A stretch of DNA of 64,000 nt from Promethearchaeota archaeon (GCA_048938105.1 JBHLMN010000001.1:416001-480000), one strand, 5' to 3'; shown: positions 1-9,443, counted from the first letter of the stretch. The notes: a model not told the origin generated them from the letters alone. Translations and numbers: made by a program.

Positions 1-1
1 T

Positions 2-562
2 GAAGTTGAAATCATTAAGGATGAGGTTATTCCTGATGTTCTTCTCCAAGAAGGCCATAAATACTCGTTAGATAGACCCACAACTGTTGTTGAGACTCCC
101 ACCCAAATTCAAGAGGAGAAACCAGAACCAGAATACGTACCTTCTTTTTTGACTCACGAACCCGATTACATTCCTCCCAGCCAAATTATAGAGGAGAAAT
201 CAGAACCAGAATATGTACCTACTTTTTTGACTCAAGAATCCCCAATTCCTGACACTAAAGCGCCTATACAACCAGAAACTAAACCTGACCTTTATCAAGA
301 ACCTTTATCTGCTGAAGTATTGAAAAAAGCAGAAGAATTTGTCGATGATGCTGAAAGTATTGCTGGTCGTTTTATAATTGCCCTTACAAGAATAGGTGAT
401 GTGTACATTACAAAAAAGAACGATCATTACTCCCTAGAGTATTCGGCTGGTCGTGTTGATTTTCGTGTTAGTAATGGTGATATCGATATCCTGAAAACTA
501 AGCGAATACCTACAGATGATCAGACACTAGAGCAAGCAATTTCTGCTGCAACACGTAAATAA
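2..562 (+). CDS. Hypothetical protein, 3' part only (runs off the window start); acidic Pro/Glu-rich region plus small C-terminal domain
   Basis: The frame of ORF 149..562 is open back to position 2 (EVEIIKDEVIPDV...); contains an EEK(P/S)EPEYVP(S/T)FLT duplication. Confidence 0.75.
   Translation, partial: EVEIIKDEVIPDVLLQEGHKYSLDRPTTVVETPTQIQEEKPEPEYVPSFLTHEPDYIPPSQIIEEKSEPEYVPTFLTQESPIPDTKAPIQPETKPDLYQEPLSAEVLKKAEEFVDDAESIAGRFIIALTRIGDVYITKKNDHYSLEYSAGRVDFRVSNGDIDILKTKRIPTDDQTLEQAISAATRK
113..238 (+). repeat. Intragenic duplication of about 48 bp
   Basis: gaggagaaaccagaaccagaatacgtaccttcttttttgactcacgaa (113-160) vs gaggagaaatcagaaccagaatatgtacctacttttttgactcaagaa (191-238). Confidence 0.85.
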
Positions 563-570
563 CCTTGGTT

Positions 571-2862
571 CTATAATATGATTTCACGACTACGTGTAGT
601 ATAAGTCATTATTTCTTGTGAAAACAATTCTACTAGGTTTTCATTTGTCGTGATCACCCCAATTAAATCCTCTTTTTCAGGATGTTTTGGCTCAGGACAA
701 ACCAACAACTCCTCGGCATCACGAATACATCCCCAAAAATCTACAGTATCTAATTGTTTCAGTCTGAGATTAGCTGATGACAGAATTTTCTTCAGTGTAG
801 ACTCGGGAACCTTCCTGAAATCTCCAATAATATTCACTCGTGTCTTCATAGGTAATTTAGAGGCTACCATCAAGGTTTGAATTTCAGGACGAGGCATGAG
901 AATTGTTAAGGATGACTTAGCACGTAAGGTTAAATCTCTTAATATCATTATAATAGCTGTTTCTCCAACAGCTAAATCACTGGATAATAGTGAGGGCTCT
1001 ACTTCTGAAATATCAACTGATCTTGACAATTCAGAAAGTTTATTAAGCTTCTGTTTCATTTCTTTAATTGAAAACGATAAAGCAGATATCTCTTGTTCTA
1101 GTTGATGTTCAATTTTAATAACCTGAGTATTTAGAATTTCTTCAGCTTTATCCAAATTGGAATTAAAATCTTCCAGCTGTGTTTCAGCAAAACTCGTTAT
1201 AAATGTATTCATTCCAGAGATAAATAAGCTAAATGTTCTTTCAATATCAGTGATCTGATTTAATGCACTTTTTGATTCAATACTAGATTTTTCACCAAAC
1301 TTGTCAATTTCTTCTGAAATTTTATTAAGATTACTTATACTTACATCAAAAGTTTCATCTTTCTCAAAATAGGATTCCAGATTAGCTTCAAACTCTTCTG
1401 AGATATTTTGGATCAGATTAGATATCTCGTTAGAGAATTTAGCAGTAATTTCATCTAACTGTTGGTTGAAATTAGTTATTTTTTGATCAAATATAGTTTC
1501 TACATTACCTATTTTTCCCTTTATATCATTTTTACTATTATTTAGATATTCTTGGATCGAATTTCTGAACTCAGAGCCAATCTTAAGCTTTATGTCATGC
1601 ATGCTGCGTGAAAGGAGTTGAACCTCATCATCTAATATTTTCTGAACTTCATTCAGTCCATTTTCAGTTGCTTGAACAATTATGTTCTCTGTTTCATTTA
1701 AAGTATTATTCAAATTATTGACTTTTTCCAATATCATCAATTTGTCTTTGATAGTTTGTTGAATTACTTTTCTATCTCCATCTACTTGTATCAGATTAGA
1801 GATGAATTCATCTTTTCCTTTGAATAATTTTCTACTCTGTATGTCAGATATTGAGTCTTTCAATAAGGATTCTATATTATTAAGTCGGGTATCGAGTTGA
1901 GTAAATAATTCCCTCACCATTTCATTAATATCATTATATCCCTCTTTAATTTCAAGAAATTTTGACTTCTTTTGAATCGCATTCAATCTAAGACTTTCGA
2001 TTAGTGAGCCTGTTTGGTTTATTTTTCCCTCGAAATTCTTTTGTTCTTCAGAACGGTCTGTTTCAAATTGATCAAGAATTTTACCGATTTCCTCTTTAAA
2101 TACTGTAATTCCTTCTTGAATATTAGTCTTTAATAACTCAAAATTAGTTTTACTGTCCGCTTCAAGTCTTTTTAGATCTTTATTTATCATTTGAGACGCT
2201 AATTTCAATTCTTGTTCTACTTTAGGTGTGTAATGAACAAAAATACTTGGGATATTCTTTAATTTTTCAAGATTTACTTTTATAATTTCTTCATTGAGTT
2301 CTTTTGATTGTTTAACTAATAATCCTGTCTTGTTCATCAGTTCTCCGATATTATTCAGTATATTTTTTTCTGAAGATTCGATTATTTGGCGAAAATTATC
2401 CGCTAGCTTGTTAAAGTTCAGTTTAATTGGATCTAAACTTTGTGAAAAATCGTTTTCCAGCCTTGTTGTATGTTTTTGGAAATTATTTGATGCTTCCTTA
2501 AACATTTCAGAAATTTGCTTTAATTGAACCTGAAAAACACTTGAAGCTTCTTTATGGATATTAACTAAGGTGATTGGGTCATATGCAAGAAAAAATGCCT
2601 TTAGAAATGGTTCCAAAGCAATATAGCGCCCAACTTTTCCTGGAATTCTTTTAGCAAGTTTACTACCTACTAAGATTTGAAGGATTTCTTGTGTTTTTAT
2701 GTAATCTAGTCCTGAAAGTAAACTAATTTGGCCAAGAGTTGCCATCCCTAAAGAAAGCAAGTATAAGTATATTTTACCTTGATCATCATCGGTTAACCCA
2801 AGGATTGGGATAATTTCCTTAATTTCTTCTGAAGAAATCTTCAGTCCGACCATTATCCTCAC
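571..2862 (-). CDS. TrmB-like protein: N-terminal winged HTH, very long coiled coil, C-terminal TrmB effector-like domain
   Basis: N-terminal LGLTDDDQGKIYLYLLSLGMATLGQIS...GRYIALEP is TrmB HTH-like; about 520 aa of heptad-rich sequence; C-terminal RAKSSLTILMP...IRDAEELL. Confidence 0.7.
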   Translation of the reverse strand: MRIMVGLKISSEEIKEIIPILGLTDDDQGKIYLYLLSLGMATLGQISLLSGLDYIKTQEILQILVGSKLAKRIPGKVGRYIALEPFLKAFFLAYDPITLVNIHKEASSVFQVQLKQISEMFKEASNNFQKHTTRLENDFSQSLDPIKLNFNKLADNFRQIIESSEKNILNNIGELMNKTGLLVKQSKELNEEIIKVNLEKLKNIPSIFVHYTPKVEQELKLASQMINKDLKRLEADSKTNFELLKTNIQEGITVFKEEIGKILDQFETDRSEEQKNFEGKINQTGSLIESLRLNAIQKKSKFLEIKEGYNDINEMVRELFTQLDTRLNNIESLLKDSISDIQSRKLFKGKDEFISNLIQVDGDRKVIQQTIKDKLMILEKVNNLNNTLNETENIIVQATENGLNEVQKILDDEVQLLSRSMHDIKLKIGSEFRNSIQEYLNNSKNDIKGKIGNVETIFDQKITNFNQQLDEITAKFSNEISNLIQNISEEFEANLESYFEKDETFDVSISNLNKISEEIDKFGEKSSIESKSALNQITDIERTFSLFISGMNTFITSFAETQLEDFNSNLDKAEEILNTQVIKIEHQLEQEISALSFSIKEMKQKLNKLSELSRSVDISEVEPSLLSSDLAVGETAIIMILRDLTLRAKSSLTILMPRPEIQTLMVASKLPMKTRVNIIGDFRKVPESTLKKILSSANLRLKQLDTVDFWGCIRDAEELLVCPEPKHPEKEDLIGVITTNENLVELFSQEIMTYTTRSREIIL

Positions 2863-3640
2863 TTTCTAATCAATTTATTTCCCAAATTCTAATGATAACG
2901 CTGTTTTTTTTGTATAAAGTGTTTATATTGTTTTAAATGGAGATAATCATATTCCTTAAATATATCAGTGGAGTTTTTCTATACATTTTCATAGGAAGTA
3001 TAGAACTCTAGTATTTACTACTATTAAATAATATAATGCAATATTGGTTTTGTTTCACCCTAGTACCAAAAACAGCCAAAAGGCTAATTTTAAATTTTAT
3101 TTGCCCGATAATCATATAATATGTTTCTTATTCCCTTCATAGGTTAATTAGAGGAGATTATAGCCTTAGTAAAAGGAAAAAGGTCTCTAAAAGATAAAAA
3201 TTGAACAAATAATAATGTAAACCACACAGATCATTGATCAATTTATTCACTTATCTTGAAAATTCTTCAAAAATTCTTTAATTATGATTAATAAGTATTT
3301 AAATTCATAAGACACTAATTATCAATCTGTGGTTTGATTTCCTCACTATCAGTAAAATTTCTGGAAAAATCGGTTAGAAGTAGAGATACACATTTCTTTA
3401 ACTTTCAGCAGCAGAGGCTGATCTGTTTCTATAAAATCAGAGATAAAACAAGAAGTTAATTTATCCTGAGGGATACTCTTAAATTGTTTTAATAATTTAG
3501 AAGTGTTTAAAAGAAAACTGAAATTATGGGTTTATAGCAAGTATTTAAGTATCTAATTTCTAACCTTATAACTTGAAAACCACCTACTTTCTAGAAGCCA
3601 CAAGACGAATGTGAATAGGAGCTGACTTCAACTGCTACTT

Positions 3641-4195
3641 ATGAAAGTCTGTTTGCTAGGTGACGGCGCAGTAGGGAAAACTGCTTTACGTGAACGGTAT
3701 TTAGGCAAGCAATTCTCTAGTGGGTACGTGATGACGATAGGCGCAGACTTTGCTGTAAAAAAAACAAGAATAAAAACGGAAGAAGGAGAGAAAGACGTCA
3801 AATTTCAAATTTGGGATCTTGCAGGACAACCACGTTTCAATAGTGTCAGAGAGCTTTATTATAAAGGCTCCCATGGAGGGTTATTAGTATTTGATATTAC
3901 ACGAAGAGATTCTTTTTCTAATTTAAACTCTTGGATAGAAGAATTATTCAAAAATTCGGGCCGAGGAGCGATGCCTATCGCTGTATTAGGAAATAAAGTA
4001 GATTTAAGAAATGAAGCGGATGATTGTGTCACTAGAACTGAAGCCCTAGATTATACTACAAAAATTAAGGAAGATTTTCAATTTAATTGTAACATTCCCT
4101 ATTTAGAGACTTCAGCTAAAACAGGTGAAAATGTGGATGAATCCTTTAGTGAATTAGCTCACAATATCCGAATATTTTTAACGCAATCAAAATAA
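3641..4195 (+). CDS. Rab-like small GTPase
   Basis: G1 GDGAVGKT, G3 WDLAGQ, G4 NKVD, G5 ETSAK; RabF-like IGADF, KFQIW, RFNSV, YYKGS, LVFDIT; possible CTG start at 3632. Confidence 0.93.
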   Translation: MKVCLLGDGAVGKTALRERYLGKQFSSGYVMTIGADFAVKKTRIKTEEGEKDVKFQIWDLAGQPRFNSVRELYYKGSHGGLLVFDITRRDSFSNLNSWIEELFKNSGRGAMPIAVLGNKVDLRNEADDCVTRTEALDYTTKIKEDFQFNCNIPYLETSAKTGENVDESFSELAHNIRIFLTQSK

Positions 4196-4219
4196 CTGAA
4201 ATATGAGAGCGGCCTTGGG

Positions 4220-4765
4220 TTGGTCACTATTTTTCGAATTGGCCATCGGATTAATCGTGATAAAAGGATAACTACCCATCTTGTTCTTGTTGCTCGAGCT
4301 TTTGGAGCTGACAAAACAATTATTGCAGGGGAAGAAGATAAAAATCTACTTAATACAATTAATAAGGTTACTCTAGAATGGGGAGGAAACTTTCAATTAG
4401 AAATGATCCCCTATATCGAATGGAAGGCTTTTATTGAGCAATGGAAGAGTGAAAATGATAAAAGAATAGTACATCTTACAATGTACGGAGAAAATCTATC
4501 TACCTTTGAGAGATCAAGAGACTTCAGCACCATGAGAAAAAGGCTGGAGAACTTGTTAATTGTGGTTGGGGGAGAAAAAATTCCAAGGAAAATATTTCAT
4601 TATGCAGATTGGAATATCGCAATTTCCAACCAACCGCATTCCGAAGTTAGTTCCCTTGCAGTTTTTTTAGATCATCTCAATCCCAAAGCTCTTCAAATTC
4701 AGTTTAAAAAAGCCCACAAACAAATTATTCCTTCATTAGAAGGAAAAAAAGAATATTTTGGATAA
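4220..4765 (+). CDS. trm56: tRNA (cytidine(56)-2'-O)-methyltransferase (SPOUT)
   Basis: RIGHRINRDKRITTHLVLVARAFGA, VHLTMYG, VVGGEKIP, NQPHSEV. Confidence 0.95.
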   Translation: MVTIFRIGHRINRDKRITTHLVLVARAFGADKTIIAGEEDKNLLNTINKVTLEWGGNFQLEMIPYIEWKAFIEQWKSENDKRIVHLTMYGENLSTFERSRDFSTMRKRLENLLIVVGGEKIPRKIFHYADWNIAISNQPHSEVSSLAVFLDHLNPKALQIQFKKAHKQIIPSLEGKKEYFG

Positions 4766-5303
4766 TAGAGAAATGATGATTAGAAAAAAAATTCAAGTTG
4801 GTGTCATTGGTGATTCACAAATTCGTTCTGACGCCCAATACGAAATCAGCTATGAAATTGGTAGAGAGATTGCACAATCAAACGCAATTCTTATCTGTGG
4901 TGGGCGTGGAGGAGTGATGGAAGCAGCATGTAAAGGAGTATATGATGCAGGCGGAATCTCAGTCGGAATACTACCAACTAATGAGTCTGATCTTGAAGTG
5001 AATAAATATCTCACAATAAAAATTCCAACATTAATGAATCTAGCTCGTAATGCGATCGTTCCCTTAGCCTCCGATGGTGTGATTGCCTGTGGAGGAGGTG
5101 CAGGTACATTATCAGAGATTACATTTGCGTGGATTTATCAAAAGCCAATTGTTTGTATTAGTACGATTTTGGGATGGAGCCAAGAGATTGGAGAACGAGG
5201 ATTTATTGACCATAGAAGCTCTAAAGTTCATATTATGACTGCAAAAACAGGAAAAGAAGCAATCAAAAAAGTTCTTGAAGCTATCTTACGATTTAAACAA
5301 TGA
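4758..5303 (+). CDS. TIGR00725 / LOG-like (SLOG) Rossmann-fold protein
   Basis: ICGGRGGVMEAACKG, GILP, ARN, GGGAGTLSEI. Confidence 0.88.
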   Translation: MDNREMMIRKKIQVGVIGDSQIRSDAQYEISYEIGREIAQSNAILICGGRGGVMEAACKGVYDAGGISVGILPTNESDLEVNKYLTIKIPTLMNLARNAIVPLASDGVIACGGGAGTLSEITFAWIYQKPIVCISTILGWSQEIGERGFIDHRSSKVHIMTAKTGKEAIKKVLEAILRFKQ

Positions 5304-6113
5304 TAAAAGCCCAGATTTATCATTCAGAATTTCAGAAATTCCATCGCATAACGCTTTCAATAATCCATCATTTTTGGGATTGATTAAATCAGAGTAATCA
5401 TTTAGTGTAGAATGCAATTCTAAACTATCTAATCTTTGCACAGCATTAAATATTCTATTAGCAATCTCAAGATAGTTTTCTGTGTTGGAAACAGTCGAAT
5501 TGGCTTTATCTTCAAATGAAAGATATTTTCCGCAATCTTCTATCTCATAAGCATTAATTTCAGCTAGGGTCAAATAGGTTCTCATTTTTGGAGAAAGAAT
5601 TGACATTTCCTGGCTCCAGGAATATAACGTTTCAAAACATGATACAAAATCTTTTTTGTTGCAGAATAATCCTGCATAGCAATAATAAAGGTCTGAGACT
5701 ACATTATTATTATGCTTTCTTGCTTCAAGAATCAAATTATGTAGATATGAAAGGAATTCTGACTCCTGAAACTTCTTATCTATTATTATATAATTACGAA
5801 TAGTTTGAATGCAATTTTCAAGCGAGACTGCTCTTAAATCTACAAATATCCTTGGTATCAACTCAGCATTAACTCGTTCATTTGGGTTTCGACTGATATT
5901 CATTATAAGAGCAAGTGTTAAATCACAGGCCAATTTTGCCTTATTTCCTGAAGCAAAAAGAGGTATAGCCTTAGAAATCACCATTCCAGCATGCTTAGGC
6001 TCACCAGAACGAAATGCCCTTTGAATAGCTCCTTGTAGCATTTGAAGACCATCAAACCAGTGACCTTGGTGGAGTTCAGCCAATCCTTTGCTAAACCAAG
6101 GATCTTTTATCAT
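5286..6113 (-). CDS. Alpha-solenoid protein, putative Get4/TRC35-like
   Basis: ATG at 6113 with AGGAG RBS; N- and C-terminal segments resemble recalled eukaryotic Get4 (see findings). Confidence 0.55.
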   Translation of the reverse strand: MIKDPWFSKGLAELHQGHWFDGLQMLQGAIQRAFRSGEPKHAGMVISKAIPLFASGNKAKLACDLTLALIMNISRNPNERVNAELIPRIFVDLRAVSLENCIQTIRNYIIIDKKFQESEFLSYLHNLILEARKHNNNVVSDLYYCYAGLFCNKKDFVSCFETLYSWSQEMSILSPKMRTYLTLAEINAYEIEDCGKYLSFEDKANSTVSNTENYLEIANRIFNAVQRLDSLELHSTLNDYSDLINPKNDGLLKALCDGISEILNDKSGLLSLFKS

Positions 6114-6371
6114 TTTTATTCTCCTTTTGTTTTGTGTTTTAATGAACTCATTAATTTTTAAAACCTTGGGAAAATTTAAAAAAACAATCGCTTCCAACAA
6201 ATGAACAGAACCTTACTTCTGAGCTTTTGTTGTGTACCACAGATTATAACAATTATAACAACATATTTAACTAGTAAGGACTATGAATTATAACAATTAT
6301 AACGATAAAGATAACTAGCAAGAACTATCAAGCTTTATAAAATCGTAATAGGTACAGAGTGTTGATATACC

Positions 6372-7292
6372 TTGAGTGATTCTGAATATGTTAAAAAATA
6401 TTCTGTAGAAGATGATGGCACTTTAACTCCTACCTCTCTTTCTTCGATGTCAGATCTTGCTGATAACAATGTTTTCATAATTGTTGATGAAGATACGCGT
6501 AAAATATTCATTTGGAAAGGTGAGAAAGCACCTGTAAGGAGAAAATTCATCTCAGCTAAAGCAGCACAACAAATGCGGCAGGAAAAGTATGGAATGGTCT
6601 ATCGTATAGAAAGTCTTGATCCAGGATTGGAAGGAGCTGACTTCCTCGCATTATTTGGTGTAAAACCTGAAGACAGAGAAGTAGCGACACCTGCAGCCTC
6701 AGTAGCAGAGACACCAACCCCCAAACCAGCTCCCACACCAGCTCCAACTCGCGCACCTGCCCGTGCGCCAACCCGTGCACCAACTCCTACATCAGCTCCA
6801 GCCCGTGCAGCAACCCCAACACCAGCTCCAGCCCGTGCACCAACTCACAAACCAACACCAGCTCCAACTCATGCAGCAACCCCCGTACCAGCTCCAATCC
6901 ATGCACCAAAAGTTGTAAAAGAAACCGAAGTAGTAGTTACAGCACCTGTTAGGACTGTCACACCAACCACTCTTGACGAAGTATCCATAAAACTAAAAGA
7001 TCTAGAAATACCTGATAATATGGAACGTGAAATCGTCATTATTGGTAATTTGGTCTTTTCTGTTATTAAAGAGCACCTAGCTCTATTTTCCAAAGATGTC
7101 GTGAAGTTAGAACCAATGGATGACCTTCCCTCAGGAATTTTCCCAGCTGCTGATTATCAAGTTAGACTTTTCATTGAAAATGGAAGGGTAATATTCACTG
7201 AACTTCTTAGAAAAAAAACGCGCTCTGAGAGAGAAGAATTCATTGATGACATGCGAAAATCTCTCCAAGATTTATCGAAGATGGGAATTTAA
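6372..7292 (+). CDS. Gelsolin-domain protein with Pro/Ala/Thr linker and C-terminal domain (1DGelX-like architecture)
   Basis: VFIIVDEDTRKIFIWKGEKAPVRRKFISAKAAQQM is a gelsolin-repeat core; followed by PAPT/RAP repeats and a C-terminal domain of about 100 aa. Confidence 0.8.
   Translation: MSDSEYVKKYSVEDDGTLTPTSLSSMSDLADNNVFIIVDEDTRKIFIWKGEKAPVRRKFISAKAAQQMRQEKYGMVYRIESLDPGLEGADFLALFGVKPEDREVATPAASVAETPTPKPAPTPAPTRAPARAPTRAPTPTSAPARAATPTPAPARAPTHKPTPAPTHAATPVPAPIHAPKVVKETEVVVTAPVRTVTPTTLDEVSIKLKDLEIPDNMEREIVIIGNLVFSVIKEHLALFSKDVVKLEPMDDLPSGIFPAADYQVRLFIENGRVIFTELLRKKTRSEREEFIDDMRKSLQDLSKMGI
6712..6910 (+). repeat. Intragenic low-complexity tandem repeats (PTPAP/RAP)
   Basis: Recurrent acaccagctcca and gcccgtgcac units. 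Confidence 0.85.
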
Positions 7293-7314
7293 CTAATTAT
7301 TTGGAGAACCTAAA

Positions 7315-7851
7315 GTGCCCGACGAATATTTACTCAAAATTTGTGCTATTGGATCAGGTAGTGTTGGAAAAACCTCACTTATCAGGAGATTTGCTGAGGG
7401 AAAGTTCACAACGAACTATTTACCTACACTAGGAGTTGACATTACTACTAAACAGATTCAAGTAGATAACAACAATGTTAAACTAATCCTTGTAGATACA
7501 GCGGGCCAGGAGTTTTTTGGCAAATTACGACCAAGTTATTACCGAGGTGCATCTGCTTGCCTTATCATGTTTGCCTTAGACGAAAAATCATCATTTGAGG
7601 CTATTCCTGACTGGTTAGCAGAATTTCGAAAACACATTCCAGAGGTCTCGGTTCCGATTGCTTTGGCTGGGAATAAGAAAGATCTTGAAGAAAAACGCCA
7701 AGTATCTACTGTTGAAGCTAATACGTTAGCTTCAACCTATAATATGACTTATTATGAAACTTCTGCAAAATTAGGCGGAGAAGAGATTGAGGAAATATTT
7801 GTTGGTTTAACGAGGCGTGTATTACAAAAGAAACAACAAAATAGCATTTAA
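7315..7851 (+). CDS. Rab/Ran-like small GTPase
   Basis: GSGSVGKT, TLGVD, DTAGQEFFGKLR, YYRGA, GNKKD, ETSAK. Confidence 0.92.
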   Translation: MPDEYLLKICAIGSGSVGKTSLIRRFAEGKFTTNYLPTLGVDITTKQIQVDNNNVKLILVDTAGQEFFGKLRPSYYRGASACLIMFALDEKSSFEAIPDWLAEFRKHIPEVSVPIALAGNKKDLEEKRQVSTVEANTLASTYNMTYYETSAKLGGEEIEEIFVGLTRRVLQKKQQNSI

Positions 7852-7889
7852 ATGACATTTACAACAAATAAAAATTCCAGGGATGAACA

Positions 7890-8642
7890 ATGCAGGCAAA
7901 TTCCGACTTTGAAGTCATAAAAAGAGACCATCAAGGGGTTCCAGTAGTCAAAATAGTATTTTGGGGACCAACCTTAGCGGGAAAGACCACTGCACTCACT
8001 ATTACAAAAGTATTGAAGAGTCTAGAAGACCCTGAGAACGTTTATAAATTCTTAAAATTAGAAGATCCCACAGGTCGGACTTTATTTTTCGATCAGGCGA
8101 TTTTTGGCGTAGGGAAAACCGCTGCTGGATTACCAATTCTAAAATACCATCTTTTTACTGTTCCTGGCCAAGAACGACATGCTGGACAACGAAAAGTCGT
8201 TTTACGTGGAGCACATGGTTTGATTGTCGTCATTGACTCCGAGAAATCCCGATGGGAAGAAAATAAGTTCTCTTTACGGGAAATTAACACTCTTGCTGGT
8301 GATAAGCTAGCTAGTGGTACGTTACCTTACCACATTATGTTAAATAAGATGGATCTTCCACGAGAACAACGAATTTCATCACTAGAAGTAGGAAAATTAT
8401 TGAGTGAATCTGGAGTTGCAGCAAGTCTTCGAGATGCAGCTGTTAGAATAGTTGAAGTATCATGTCTCGAAGCAAGGGATGACTTAAAAGCACTTCTCTC
8501 AAAAAGTGACCGAAGTACGATCGTAGATGCTGATGGAAAGTTAAGAAAAGAAGTTCGACCGTTAAGTGTCACCCGTGTCATTAAATCTGTTGAAAGCCTG
8601 ATTCGTGAAATTATCATCCAAATGATGAAACAACAAAGTTAG
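7890..8642 (+). CDS. MglA-like small GTPase
   Basis: KIVFWGPTLAGKTT, RTLFFD, LFTVPGQ, VLRGAHG, NKMD are MglA-family signatures. Confidence 0.85.
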   Translation: MQANSDFEVIKRDHQGVPVVKIVFWGPTLAGKTTALTITKVLKSLEDPENVYKFLKLEDPTGRTLFFDQAIFGVGKTAAGLPILKYHLFTVPGQERHAGQRKVVLRGAHGLIVVIDSEKSRWEENKFSLREINTLAGDKLASGTLPYHIMLNKMDLPREQRISSLEVGKLLSESGVAASLRDAAVRIVEVSCLEARDDLKALLSKSDRSTIVDADGKLRKEVRPLSVTRVIKSVESLIREIIIQMMKQQS

Positions 8643-8758
8643 TGAAAAAGAGTGAAATTACTTTCAAGATAACGACAAAGATTTCATCTTATTCTTCTGT
8701 CTTTTTCCTCTCAACTTCCTAATCTATTTAAGATATTTCACAAGGAGAGATCAACTCT

Positions 8759-9388
8759 GTGAGAATCTCTATAACGAGTCCAAATGTTATTTCAATCGCT
8801 ATAAGAGAGTTTCAAAAGGGATCAATTATTGTTTTCCCAACTGACACAAGTTACGGGTTAGGAACAGTTGGATTGAAGTGGAATGATAAAAATATAAAAC
8901 GAATATATAAAATTAAATCAAGGGAACTTGATAATCCCCTTAGTCTTCTCATCACAAAGACTATGGTTTCAAAATACATTGAGATGTCATCAGGGACTCG
9001 GGAGCTATTAATGAAAGTGTGGCCAGGTGAGCTCACAGCGGTATTGAATTGTGATTCTAAGGCTTCTCAGACCTTATCCTCATTTTTAAACATGAATAAT
9101 CCAAAAAAAATTGCGTTTCGTGTTCCCAAACACAATCTTTTATTAAAGATTATTGAAAAGGTTGATTGTCCAATCATTGGAACCTCTGCTAATAGATCAG
9201 GTTCAGAACCAAAATATGATCTTCCCTCAATTATTCAGGAACTTCCCCCAAAGGAAATTGATCTTTGGATAGATTCAGGAATATTAAAAGAGAATCCTCC
9301 TTCCACTGTGGTTGATCTCACTGATCCATTGAATCCAATCATTCTTCGAAAAGGAAATGTTGAGATCGAGAAGTTTTTGGGGAAGTAA
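8759..9388 (+). CDS. sua5: L-threonylcarbamoyladenylate synthase (Sua5/TsaC, YrdC domain only)
   Basis: FPTDTSYGLG, IYKIKSR, WPGELT, FRVP, TSANRSG, PSTVVDL. Confidence 0.93.
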   Translation: MRISITSPNVISIAIREFQKGSIIVFPTDTSYGLGTVGLKWNDKNIKRIYKIKSRELDNPLSLLITKTMVSKYIEMSSGTRELLMKVWPGELTAVLNCDSKASQTLSSFLNMNNPKKIAFRVPKHNLLLKIIEKVDCPIIGTSANRSGSEPKYDLPSIIQELPPKEIDLWIDSGILKENPPSTVVDLTDPLNPIILRKGNVEIEKFLGK

Positions 9389-9443
9389 AGTGTGAATCTG
9401 AAACTTTAATAATAACATCATAAGGAAGAAAGAATGAATAAGT

